A stretch of 64,000 nt of DNA from assembly GCA_963514005.1 (NCBI GenBank), contig OY740781.1, forward strand, positions 134,540,001 through 134,604,000, in the 5' to 3' direction. Every line of letters starts with the position of its first letter. The stretch's first letter is position 1. Positions 23,665 through 36,029 of this stretch are shown piece by piece. Under the pieces are notes generated by a model. It worked only from the letters and a program-made list of their open reading frames with translations, ran no database searches and was not told where the DNA came from. Made by a program: the position numbers and the translations under genes. The DNA is from Raja brachyura (Eukaryota).

Positions 23665-24625
23665 TAGGGGGCACCGTCGAGTATGGCTGCCCTGTCAGCA
23701 GCTGTTAATCTTTTCACTCTTTTTAAAAATTTTAGTTAGTTAAAAGTGTTTGTTTTTGGAGGGCTTTTAGTCTTTTATGTTGGGGGTGGAGGGGGGAGTG
23801 GGAAACTATTTTACCTGGTCGGAGATGCGGCTTTTCTCCAAGCCGTGTTTACGCCCCTTCCTTGCGGCCTACCGGCCTAGTCGGGCCTATTGAGGTCTCA
23901 GCAGTCGCCGCTACGGCAGCCCGATGCTCCAGGCCCTCTCACCGGGTGATGAAGCTCTGGCGTCGGGTGAACACTCTCAGAGGCCCGGAGTGTCTGGAGT
24001 GGCGTTTCCTGCCGGAACCGGCCGGGACTTCAGCTTCAGCGGCGGCACAGAGCTGGGGGCGCCATTGTGGAGCGGGCGATGCCTTGCCCGGGTCGCCATG
24101 CGGTGGGCTCCGGAGGGCTGGGACCGCTGACTCCAACATCGTGGAGCTGCAGTCTGTGGTCTGTGGAGCTTCCAGCCCCGGGCGGCGCTGAGCTATGAAC
24201 ACCGCGGAGCCTGGGATCTCACCATGAGATCGCCAGAATCGGAGCTTCGACCGGCGCGGCCCGTGGACTTCGGGAGCTGCGAACTCTGGGGAGGAAGCGG
24301 CCGCTCCGGACACTCTGGGCCGCTGACAGTGTTCACCCGACACCAGAGCTTCATCACCCGGTGAGAGGGCCTGAAGCATCGGGCTGCCATAGCGGCGACT
24401 GCTGAGGCCTCAATAGGCCCGACTATGGGTGAACTGGGGATGGGACTGGACTTCGCTGCCTTCGCCCACAGTGGGAACCATTGTGGGGGGATGTTTTTAT
24501 GTTTATTGTTAAATTCTTTAGTGTTGTGTATTATCTTTATTCATGTGCTGCATTGGCAAGTCAAATTTCACTACACAAATTGGTGTATGTGATAATAAAT
24601 ATCCTTTGTCCTTTTGTTCTTTGTC
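23665..24625 (+). mobile_element. GC-rich non-autonomous retroelement with L2-type tail and ~125-bp internal inverted repeat
   Basis: Head GGGGCACCGTCGAGTATGGCTGCC; arms about 23878-24003 and 24300-24425; tail GTGATAATAAA followed by CTTTGTC-like repeats. Confidence 0.7.
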
Positions 24626-24737
24626 CTTCCTGTTTTCACCTGAGATTTTTGTTTTGATTTTCATGTAATATTTAGGGCTATGCCTCAATGCTGTGTAGTT
24701 ATCGACACACGTATTGATGGGATTTCTTTACTTACAG

Positions 24738-24892
24738 GGAAGAACTGCATGGGCCTAGTGGATCTGGACCGAGCATTGGAAGCAGAGGATCATGGATACA
24801 CTGTCTACGTCACGTCCATGGAACCAGATAGTTGTTCACCGAAGAACAACCTGATAGTGGGGACACGTGAGCAGCTTAATGCCTCAACTTAA
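24738..24892 (+). CDS. GSTCD: GSTCD terminal coding exon, (G)KNCMGLVDLDRA...SMEPDSCSPKNNLIVGTREQLNAST*
   Basis: TTTACTTACAG acceptor; phase 1 completes the Gly codon; TAA stop ends at 24892. Contains the LVDLDRA and CSPKNN motifs of the GSTCD C-terminus. Confidence 0.96.
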
Positions 24893-25034
24893 ATGCACAA
24901 TGTTGCAAAAGACAACAACCAAACTGCCAACACAACATGAAAAATGAGCTGTTTCATTGCGTTCCACTTGAAGTCCAGTAACTTTTTGCCATTGTAAAAA
25001 CAGAAAAATGCCGGGGGAGTCAGATAAGACAGCA

Positions 25035-25620
25035 TAGAGTTATAGAGTCATACAGCGTGGAAACTGGCCCTTCAACCCAACTTGCCCATGTCATCCAACA
25101 TGTCCAATCAACACTAGTCCCACTGCCTGCGTTTGGCCCATATCCCTCTAAAACCATCCAATCCATTACCTGTTTAAATAATTCTTAAACATTGCAATAG
25201 TACCTGCCTTAACCTCCACCAGCGTCTCGTTCCATATGCCCACCACCCTTTGTGTAAAAAAGTTATCCCTCAGATTCTTATTAAATCTTTCCACCCTCAC
25301 CTCAAACCTATGTCCTCTGGTTCTTGATTTCCCTACTCTGGGCAAGTATTCCTCTCACGATTTTATACACCTCTGCACCGCTCATCCTCCTGCTCTCCAA
25401 GGAATAAAGTCCTAGCCTGTTCACACTCCCCCTATAGCTCAGGCCCTTGAGTCCTGCCAACATCCTCGTAAATGTTCTCTGCACCATTTTCAGCTTGACA
25501 CCATCTTTCCTATAACATGTGCCCGGAGCTGAACATAATACTCTAATTTGCGGCCTCACCAACGTCTTATATAACTGCAACATGACCCAACTTTTATACT
25601 CAATGCCCAGACTGATGAAG
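25035..25620 (-). mobile_element. CR1 3' fragment antisense in the probable GSTCD 3' UTR
   Basis: ORF 25308..25583 LQLYKTLVRP...VQRTFTRML; tail at about 25035. Confidence 0.85.
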
Positions 25621-26139
25621 CATCTGTGGAGAGAGAAACCAAGTTAAAGATTCAAGTCGATGATCAGCTCTGATGACCTGAAATTTTATGCCTGTTTCTC
25701 TCCTCAGGCTGCCTGACCTGTTGAGCGTTTCCAACATTTTCTGCTTTTTTAAATTTCTAACATCTACGATATTTTGCGCTTCGTTCTTAACATTTTCATG
25801 CTCAGCTGCAGAAGGATATTGAGGTCTTGTGTCATTCTTCCCTGCAATGTATCCCCTATTGCCACGGTTTTGTGCAATGACTTCAGCCTGGAAATAGAAA
25901 GCAACCTCCAATTCCATAAATTGACTTATCTTAAAAATGGCACTGCAACGCCTTGTAAATTCCACCTTTCTGTAGTTTGACCTACTGAGGAATGAAACTG
26001 ACTGGGAATTTTCAGATAAATTTTGTGAATTATTTCAGGAAATGGTTGTGAATTTTCATGACTTGATATTGTAAGCCATTTTCTCTACAAATGCACTCGG
26101 TTCCAATGTGCACCAGCCAACTTCATAATGAAACCAGAA

Positions 26140-26145
26140 AATAAA
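26140..26145 (+). terminator. Candidate GSTCD polyadenylation signal (alternatives at 25403 inside an antisense CR1, and 26910)
   Basis: First AATAAA I found in non-repeat sequence downstream of the stop codon. Actual usage cannot be read from sequence. Confidence 0.3.
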
Positions 26146-26464
26146 ACACGGAAATCTGATATTGTACTTGAGAAGGATTCTCTGGATGGAGTTTCTGTTT
26201 CCTCATTTGACTGTATTCTTAATAATTGCTGATAATTTGATAAAATCTTCCCATCTCAATGTTTGAACTCTTCTTTAGTGACCGAATAAGTGGTAAAAAC
26301 AATGTGTTCTAGTTCTTGCATTAATTTTTTTTCTAAATGCTTTCTTTGATAAAATGTTTTATTCAGCGCAGGCAGGCAGACATAACAGCATTTGTGACCA
26401 ATGCTAGCTAGGTAAAACTAACATAATTTTAATGAATTTTAAGAAAATAATATAGTTCTATAAT

Positions 26465-26650
26465 AGAAATAAGGAACTGCAGATGCTGATATACAAAAGA
26501 ATACGCAGACTGCTGAAGTAACTCAGGCAGCATCTCTGGAGAACATGGATCAGTGACAATTTGGGTCTGCAGTAGGGTCCCGACCCGAAACTTCATCTAT
26601 CGATATTCTCCCCAGAGATGCTGCCTGGCCCACTCAGTTACTCCAGCACT
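26465..26650. mobile_element. Fold-back PLE-terminus element
   Basis: GCTGAAGTAACTCAGGCAGCATCTCTGG arm and CCAGAGATGCTGCC...GTTACTCCAGC arm around a mutated hammerhead core. Confidence 0.75.
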
Positions 26651-27029
26651 TCCTGCCATAGGTGCAGTTGGAATGCAGCATTCAACAGATTAGTAATATT
26701 CATGATATTTCCAGGATTGTTCTAATATTGTGGAATTTTATTAAAATCCAATTGTTAAGTATGATTGGCAATCGGAATGTTTTTACAATCAAGATATAAT
26801 TATTTTGTAATAATGGGCATTAAAAGTTGTTGTTTTCCCTGGTATCACTGGTTCCTACTTTGAAAGGTTTAAAAAACTGGTTAAACATTTGATTGGAAAG
26901 TGTCAGAATAATAAAAGGGACAATGTGAATAAATGCAAGTGGTTTCATTGTTTCAATTTGGATTAATGGTGCATTAACCTAGATAATAGTGAAGTCAAAA
27001 TGTAATATATATTAAAAATGAATAACGTA

Positions 27030-27745
27030 CTACATTATATAATGATTTTGATTTGCCATACAGTCATACCAATAAAACGCAACAAGACACACAAAATACA
27101 TTTTAAGATAAACAGTGACTCCTCCACATTCCTCACTGTGATGGAAGGCAAACAAAAAGTTCAATCTCTCCCCTTCTGTGTTCTCCCACGGTCGGGGGTC
27201 TCAATCCTTCCATTGACAGTACGATCTTGGCTCCCATAGCCAGCGGTCGGGCCCTCCGTGTCGAGGCGATCAAGCTCCTGCATCGGGGGGTTATCAGCTT
27301 CCCGCGCCAGGCGATTGACCCCAGGTCAGGGCTAGTTGAACCTTCTGCAACATTGGAGCTTCCCGACTGGGTCTCTACCTGAGACTGCGAGCTTCGCGGT
27401 GTTGAACTCCGCAGGCCGCGTTTGGAGCGCCGATCTCAGGCAAGGGATCGGCTCTGATGGTAAGTCCACGTCCCTGCAGTGGGGCTCAAAGTCAGGCCTG
27501 AGCAAGGCCTCCAGCTCCAAGATATTAGGCCGCAGAGCAACCGGAAATACGATCCGGAAAACAATCGCATCTCCGGCAAGGTAAGAGATTGAAAAATATT
27601 TCCCCCGACCCCCTTCCCCACCCCCCACATAAAACAAACCAGAGAACATTAACACAAACTTTTAAAACTCACTATAAATAACAAAATAAAGATGAAAAGA
27701 TAGACAGACTGTTGGCGAGGCTGCCATCGTGCGGTGCCCCCTGGT
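27030..27745 (-). mobile_element. GC-rich non-autonomous retroelement (third copy of the 2065/23665 type)
   Basis: Reverse complement of the head, the TGTGGGGGGTGGGG..GGAAA block and the TTGCCTTCCATCACAGTGAGGAAT block seen at 2065-2893. Confidence 0.7.
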
Positions 27746-28249
27746 GATAATAATAATAACAAAATCCATTAGTTTAATTAAGGGTAGTCTTAGGGTGATT
27801 ATTTATAATAAATTAGAAGAATTATAGCAAGTGTGTGTAGAGGGATACAATATAGTTTGCTTTAGAAAACAGACATTTCTGACATATGGGATAATCGGCT
27901 TGTGGACAATTCTCAGGACAATAGACAATAGGTGCAGGAGTAGGCCATTCGGCCCTTTGAGCCAGCACCGCCATTCACTATGATCATGGCTGATCATCCC
28001 CCATCAGTACCCCGTTCCTGCCTTCTCCCTATATCCCCTGACTCCGCTATTTTTAAGAGTCCTATTTAGCTCTCTCTTGGAATGGAACCCTTATTTAGCC
28101 CAATGACTGCCTCTGTAATTATGTCCAAAAGACTGCCAGCAGAATTTAGTTTGAGAAGTTTGCATGAAATAGTTTGAGAAAATATTCAATAACCAGACAC
28201 TGAACAATCTTTTTAAAAAGAAAATATTAAACTATAAACTAGATATACA

Positions 28250-29397
28250 TGGAACAACAGGTGCTAGTTTTCAAAAAAAGACACAAAGTTCTGGAGTAAC
28301 TCAGCAGGACAGGAAAGGTCTCTGGAGAACATGAATAGGTGTAATTTTTAGTCGGGACCCTTCTTCAGACTCTTTGTAGTGGGGGGTGTGGGAGAAAGCT
28401 AAGAGTGGCAGGACAAAGCCTGGTGAGTGATAGGTGAACAGGTTAGGGGGAGTTTTGATAGGCAGATGGTTGGACAAAGGCAAGAAATTAAATGGCAATA
28501 GATGTGAGATAAGGATAGACCTGCAAATTGTAAAGCCAGAAGCAGGTAAATAGGTAGAAGGGGAGAAATCAGTGCAAGGCCAGATGGGGCACAGGGAAGA
28601 AGGAATGAAGGGAAGGAACAAAACAGGGGGGTTGTTTGTGGGTTAGTTAATTAAATTATGGGATTCAATATTCATACCGTTAGCTTGTAGGCAAGCCATG
28701 TGGAATATGAGGTGCTGTTCCTGCAGTTTGCAGGTGGCCTCATTCTGGCAATGGAGGAGGCCCAGCATAGAAAGGTCAGTATGGGAATGGGTGAGGGATT
28801 CAAAATGGTTAGCAACTGCGAGATGCAATAGCCCTTGGAGGACTGAGTACATGTGTTGGGCAAAATGGTTGCTAAGCCCACGCTTGGTCTTGTCAATGTA
28901 AAATAAGCCACATTGGGAACACCGAATGTAGCAGATAAGGGTAGAGGAGATGCATATGAACCTCCATCTCACCTGGAAATTCTGTTGGGGTCCCTGGATG
29001 GGTGTGAGGTAGGAGATATAGGGACAAGTGTTGCATCTCTTGCAGTTGCAGTGGAATGTACTGTACCTATGGGTAACATCTTTGCAAGAGGCAGGGTGGG
29101 AGGAGGTGTGATGCAGATAACTGTGGGTGCCAGTGCATTTGTAATAGACATCAGTCGATAGTCTGTCCTGTCTGATGGAGACAGAGATCAAGTGATGGGG
29201 GAGTCCAAGTGATTAGAGCACCGGGTGGTTGTTAGCGGAAAAATGAATTAAATCAACAAGTTCTGCATGAATGCAGAGGCATCCTCGATGCAGACATCGC
29301 ACAGCAGAGAAAGAGTTGGGGGATGGTGCCAGTGTCTGTCTGGAGCATGGACTGTTTGATGTAACCAACAAAAAGGCAGGCATGACTGGGACCCATG
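28250..29397 (-). mobile_element. Penelope-like element fragment (RT end, GIY-YIG, terminal repeat)
   Basis: ORF 28643..29191 (STDVYYK, CNCKRCNTC, FYIDKTKR); MGPSHAC near 29390. Confidence 0.88.
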
Positions 29398-31256
29398 AAC
29401 TACACCAATAATGGCTACACCTTATACTTGAATTTAAACTGTCTTAATACCGCTGTTATTACTACGTTTCCCTTGGCTGATCATTGGGATGTACATTTTG
29501 ATGCCACTTTTAGTCTCCAATCTTCACCAGCTTGGAACTTCGCACTGTCCTGGGTGGCGTGGCGACAGTCCGTAGTTCCATGCTTTATAACCCTTTGACC
29601 CATGCTTTTTCTCGGATCCTGCAGAATTGTTTTCAAGAGGAACATCCCCTGTGACAAATGTTGTATTGTCAATTGTCCATACTTGCATTTCCTTATGTCA
29701 TTTTTACCTTTATTTTAACAGTGAACGACCTGCCTGAACTAATAATGGAGCCCAGGCATTTTTCAGGGAAATGGGCACTATGGAGTATTTTTACCAAGTA
29801 CAGGTACCTCATCAAACAAATTACAGGTTTTCTCTTTATGGTCATATATGGTAAAACGTTAGAATCCGCACCTGAAGAATTGGAATTCAGTTTGGAAGTA
29901 GAAACAAGAACTGTAGAAGTGCAACAAGTTTTCATCTTTATTAACAATTTAATTTAGAAATTTGTGTAAGAAGGAACTGCAGATTCTAGTTTACACAAAA
30001 GGAATAGGGTCGAGAAATGTCCCTGATTAGATTAGGCACATCCCTGTACAAATACTGTCCCTGTAAAAATAACTGATCTTGTTTATGACAAAGCATATTC
30101 CTTATATCACAATGCTCTTTTACGAAGTAAGAGGACATTCAGCCCATTGATTCTATGCCAGCTCTCAGAGCATTCCCATTAGTCTTATTCATACATTAAT
30201 TTTTCTATACCTTGCTCTTTCGCATATTTCCATCAACCCTGATTCTCCTGCCACTCCGCTACACTAGGGGTAATTTATGGTAGCCATTTAACCCACCATC
30301 CATGTCGGTTGGATAGTGAACTATGCTATTTTTTGTATTGAAAGATGCCATATATTATTGCTGACATTTAATTTCACACTCTTATCTAAAAATATTTCAT
30401 TTGATCAACATTTCACTTAAAACTTGCATTCACTTGGCAGGTGCAAGGATTCCTGATGTTAAACCAAGTGTTAAATCTACAAAATAAAACCACTTATCAC
30501 CTTTCAAGTTGGACATGCCTCACTTTAATGTGCTTAATTGTTATGGATTGGCACTGACCAAATGCAATTTAATTCATCGGAATTAAACATGCATTTGTAC
30601 TTCTACAGCCTCCTCATGCAATGCATACAGTGCGTTACTGTCCATGCAACATTGAGGATATAAAATGAGGAAAGAGTAACATTGCTCAAACTAGTCAATA
30701 AAAGGTCAGTGTGTTCCCAAGGGTTCTTCTTTAACTATTTTGTTTGTTCATACCAAAGATTTCTGTATCCAGTATCTTAAAAACATATTTAATAATAGTC
30801 TCACTCAAGTCTCAGTCAAGGATATTATCAGCACACTGAAAGGCCAAGCATTATTTTAAAATACTTTCTTCTCTTGAACTATAAGGTGTGCATGCACGAT
30901 AATCTTTAAAGTAAATCAGCTCGTCATATCTAATCTGGCTGGCTTTCTTTGCCAAATGTTGATTTTTTTTTTGTTATTGAGACCATGACTCAGAAAACCA
31001 GATTTTAACATCTAAGCCAACTGGGAAATAATTAAAAATGCAAGAATTGGTCAGACTATTCAGTAAATATTTAGTGATACAACTTGGCGAGGTTTGTTCT
31101 TTGGCGCCATTTAGTACGTCATTGCTTTGATTGGTGATTAGACTTTAGAGAGACTTTAGAGTCCACGCTGACCAGTGATCACGCCATACAGTGAGAAAAA
31201 GTGAGAGTAGGGGTGGGGTTGGAAGGGGGGAGGATAGAGGCAGAAGCTGGTAGATA

Positions 31257-32340
31257 ATAGACAATAGGTGCAGGAGTAGGCCATTTGGTCCTTCGAGCCA
31301 GCACCGCCATTCAATGTGATCATGGCTGATCATCCCCAATCAGTACCCCGTTCCTGCCTTCTCCCCATATCCCCTGACTCCACTATCTTTAAGAGCTCTA
31401 TCTAGCTCTCTCTTGAAAGTATCCAGAGAACCGGCCTCCACTGCCCTCTGAGGCAGAGAATTCCACAGACTCACAACTCTCTGTGTAAGAAAAGTGTTTC
31501 CTCATCTCTGTTCTAAATGGCTTATCCCTTATTCTTAAACTGTGGCCCCTGGTTCTGGACTTCACCATCATCGGGAACATGTTTCCTGCCTCTAGCGTGT
31601 TCAAACCCTTATTAATCTTATATGTTCGCCTATAAGATCGCCTCTCATCCTTCTAAACTCCAGAGTATACAAGCCCAGCCACTCCATTCTCTCAGCATAT
31701 GACAGTCCTGCCATCCTGGGAATTAACCTTGTAAACCTACGCTGCACTCCCTCAATAGCAAGAATGCCCATCAAATTAGGGGACCAAAACTGCACACAAT
31801 ACTCCAGGTGTGGTCTCACTAGGGCCCTATACAACTGTAGAAGGACCTCTTTGCTCCTCTACTCAACTTCTCTTGTCATGTCCTATATTTGATTCCTCTT
31901 GTTATAAAGGCCAACATGCCATTCGCTTTCTTCATTGCCTGCTGTACCTGCATGCTTTCTTTCATTCACTGACGAACAAGGACCCCCAGGTCCCGTTGTA
32001 CTTCCCCTTTTCTCAACTTGACACCATTTAGATAATAATCTGTCTTCCTGTTTTTGCTACCAAAGTGGATAACCTCACATTTATCCACATTAAACTGCAT
32101 CTGCCATGCATCTGCCCACTCACCCAACCTGTCCAAGTCACCCTGCATTCTCATAGCATCCTCCTCACAGTTCGCACTGCCACCCAGCTTTGTGTCATCT
32201 GCAAATTTGCTAATGTTTCTTTGAATCCCTTCATCTAAATCATTGATGTATATTATAAATAGCTGTGGTCCTAGCACCGGGCCTTGCGGTACACCGCTTG
32301 TCACTGCATGCCATTCTGAAAGGGACTCGTTAATCCCTAC
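31257..32340 (-). mobile_element. 5'-truncated CR1 LINE
   Basis: ORF 31966..32304 TSGVPQGPVLGPQLFIIYINDLD...KFADDTK, ORF 31601..31834, and 3' tail. Confidence 0.93.
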
Positions 32341-32359
32341 ACTTTGGTAGTTGGATAGT

Positions 32360-33240
32360 TGGAACTAGATAAGGGAGAGATGATGGATGGATGATGAACC
32401 AAGTAGGTGATGAGAACAGGTAACCAGGGGAGGGGGACGGTTTGGAAAGGTGAATAAAGAGAGTGAGAAGAAGGGTGGGATGACAGAAGTGGGAAAGGTA
32501 TACAGGAGGAGCAGATTACATGACATTCAACATTCGTGCCAGTAGCTTGTAAGCTGCCCAAGTGGTATATGAGGTGATCATATGAGGTGCTGCCCAAGTG
32601 ATATATGAGGTGCTCTTCGTCACCTTTGCAATTGGCCTCACTGTGGCAGTGGAGAAGTCGAAGGACAAACTGCTCGTAGTGTGAAGTGTAAGGGGATTTG
32701 AAATGACAGCCACAGGTAGCCCAAGTTGGCTGTTGTGGACAGAGCACAGGTGCTCTGTAAAATGGTTGTCTAGTTCATGTTTAGTTAAGTTTGGAGATAC
32801 AGCATGGAAACAGGCCCTTCAGCCCATTGAGTCCGCGCCGACAAGAACACCCCACCAATATGATCCGCGTACACCAGCACTATCCTACACTCGAGGGACA
32901 ATTCATAATTGACAATTGACCAAAGCCAATTGACCTACAAACCTGCACGTCTTTGGAGTGCGGGAGGAAACCAGAACTCCCAGAAAAAACCCACGTGGTC
33001 ACGGGGAGAACAAACTCTGTACAGACACTCGTAGTCATGATTGAACCTGGGTCTCTGACACTGTTAAGTTGTGACTCTACCACTGCGCCACCATGCCGCC
33101 GAGTCTCACCGATGTAGCGAAGGTCACATCAAGAGCGCTGAATTTAATAGACCAGGTTGGAGGAAGTGCATGCAAATCTCTGACTTAACTAGAAAGGCTG
33201 TTTAGATCCCTAGATAGTGGTGAGGGTGGAGGTGAATGCT
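32360..33240 (-). mobile_element. Decayed PLE fragment interrupted by a V-SINE (about 32778-33100, -)
   Basis: EEHLIYHLGSLQ motif; PLE sequence resumes at GTCTCACCGATGTAG after the SINE. Confidence 0.75.
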
Positions 33241-33810
33241 GTTATAGTAATCGCCTCAACTACCTCCTCTGGAAGCTCGTGCTTTGCAGTGAAAAAATTG
33301 TCCCTTTGATTCCTATTAAATCGTGTCCCTCTCACCCTTGATTACCTCTGGTCTTAATTCCCTTCCCCCGAGTAAAAGTAATGTGTGCTTACCCTATCTC
33401 TTCCCCTCATGATTTTATATGATCACACCTCAGCCTCCTGTGCTACAAGGAATAAAGTCCTAGCCTTCCCAATCTTTTCCTTTACCTCAGACCTGGAGTC
33501 CTGGCAACATCCTCGTAAACCTTCTCTGCACCCTTTCCATCTTAATGATATCCTTCCTACAGCAGGGTGACCAAACCAGACCATAATACTCCACATGCAG
33601 CCTCACCAACACCTTGCACAACTGTAACATAATGTCCCAACTTCTATATTCAATACCCCGACTGACAAAGGTCAATGTACCAAAAGTCTTCTTTGCCACC
33701 CTATTTACCTGTGACACCACTTTAAAGGAACTATGTACCTGTATTCCTAGATCCCTCTGCTCTATAATATTCTCCAGGACCCTACTATTCCTGGTGAAGG
33801 GCCTGCCCTG
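33240..33810 (-). mobile_element. CR1 fragment
   Basis: ORF 33487..33897 EQRDLGIQVHSS...ERVQRRFTRMLPG. Confidence 0.85.
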
Positions 33811-34185
33811 CACGTAGTTACCTGTCTGTGTTAAACCCATTAGTAAAATCAAATAAGATAAATACAACTGAATTTGAACACATTTAAATAGCACCAACGT
33901 GATTTTGATAGGAATTCATGTTGTGGAAAGAATATTATTTTTCGTTATGTAACAAGCCTATTGTTTACACCTCATTGCATAGAAGTTGTTACTCAAAGGA
34001 ATATCAAAGGCTGATTTGTCAAGAATTTTTTTTTTTTAATTATGAAAAGCTATATACATGAAAATGTATAATCTTACAATCAGCAAGCTGGCATTGATTT
34101 TAATAACAGGTGTTCTTTGTATAAAATATTGATCTATCTCACTAAGTATTACATACTAGAAAGTCGGAGTTAAGTGAAGCACAGG

Positions 34186-34402
34186 ATTATCACCTATGAA
34201 TAGACACAAAGTTCTGGAGTAATTCAGTGGTGACGTTTCGGGTTTAGACCCATCTTCAGATATGAATGCATGGTCCTGACCCGAAACATTACCTATCCTT
34301 TCTCTCCAGAGCTGATCGCTGAGTTACTCCAGCACTTTGTGTCTATCTTTGGTATAAACCAAATTCTGCAGTTCTTTGTTTCTACATTATCACCTATGAA
34401 TA
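34186..34402. mobile_element. Fold-back PLE-terminus element with 17-bp TSD
   Basis: ATTATCACCTATGAATA at 34186-34202 and 34386-34402; hammerhead core on the - strand at 34232-34259. Confidence 0.85.
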
Positions 34403-35396
34403 CTTGGATTGTGCTGTACCGATGTAATTCAGTCCTATTGTATAATTATATATTCTATTTAATTATAAATGTCAATATCTACATAGAAATTGGATTGTCA
34501 TGCATTGTGTTAATCATGTATTGTCTTTCTGCTAACTGGATAGCATGCAACAAAAGTTTTTCACTGTGCCTCAGTACACGTGACAATAAACTAAACTGTA
34601 ACCTGAACTGTAAACTGTGCATGTAAACTTCACATTGTAATTACATACTCTGGCAAGTGGTGGTGCTGTTATGCCTCTCTTGTCTAGAGGGTATTATTAC
34701 AGTGTGTCATATTATTAACCTACGTTTTATTATGTACAGACTCAGGAATTTATGGAGTTTGACCTATCACACCCACAACAATTCTTTGAAACATTAATCT
34801 AATTTGGCCCCTTTCTCTGCTTTCTTTTTTACTTTCCATTTATATATTAGAAAAAGTTGATCACAGACACTTGCAGATGTAAGACTTTTCAACATATTAT
34901 ATGTATATCACGTACGTTAAACAACATAAATACCTGGCATTGAGCTAAAAAGTCATTTAATACTGGGGATTAGATGACCTTCATAAATTGTTCCAACCAC
35001 ACCATCTGAAGCAGTTGATTAAATTACGATATTAACAACAGTCTCAGGTATCTATTATTCTATATTTATCACAAACATTTGGTATTTTTGACTAAAATAC
35101 CTGAGCTGTAACATTAGAACTAATAAGAGGCCATTTAGGAATGGTACTTTAATTGAAATGTGTCTACGTCTGTCTCTGGTACTTATAAAGTTTGTGTTCA
35201 GTGATGCACATAGTTAATGCTTATGCACAGTTTGCAATCGTGTGAGCCATGGTAGTTTGTCAAGACTTAAATTTGCGTCAATATTGTGTGTTCAAGTCCC
35301 ACTCTAGAGACATAAATTGTAATATCTACATTGAGGCTCCAGGGTAGGTCTGCGTGAAAGTTAGTGTCCAGTTTTTTAGATGGGAAATTAACCAAG

Positions 35397-35727
35397 GCAC
35401 AATATGCCTTGGATAAACATAAGGTGCTGGAGTAATTCAGCGGGTCAGGCAGCATCTCTGGAGAAAAAATGGATGGGTGACGTTTCAGGTCAGGACTCTT
35501 CTTCAGACTGAAAGTAGAGGGGAGGGAACTGGAGATAAGACAAAATATGCTTTTTCTTCTTTTTTTCTTGCGTCCATTTCCTTCCCCTCTACTTTCAGTC
35601 CCGAACCGAAATGTCTCCCATCCTTTTCCTCCAGAGATGCTGCCTGACCCACTGAGTTACTCCAGCACTTTGTGAATATCTTCAGTCTAAACTAGCATCT
35701 GCAGTTCCTTTCTGCACAATATGCCTT
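35397..35727. mobile_element. Fold-back PLE-terminus element with 14-bp TSD
   Basis: GCACAATATGCCTT at 35397-35410 and 35714-35727; ~100-bp inverted arms; hammerhead core on the - strand at 35479-35506. Confidence 0.85.
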
Positions 35728-36029
35728 CCTGAGTAGATAGTAAGGACATAATGACATTACTTTTAAGATAAATAGATATGTTCCGACATCTTGTTCAGTA
35801 TTCATGAAAGAAGATTATCTGCTCATTATTTTGCGGAATATGTCGTCCATAAATTTGTTGTCAATTTTCTACATGAGATAAGAAAAAGGAGTAATTTATT
35901 GGCAGTGGAAACATTTGGGGGATTCTGAAGTTGTGAAAGATGTCAGACAAATGTTGGTCACTAATCCCTTTTTAACGTTGACTCAGATTGAATAAAAGGC
36001 ACAGAAATTTCAGACTGAATCCTATCCCA

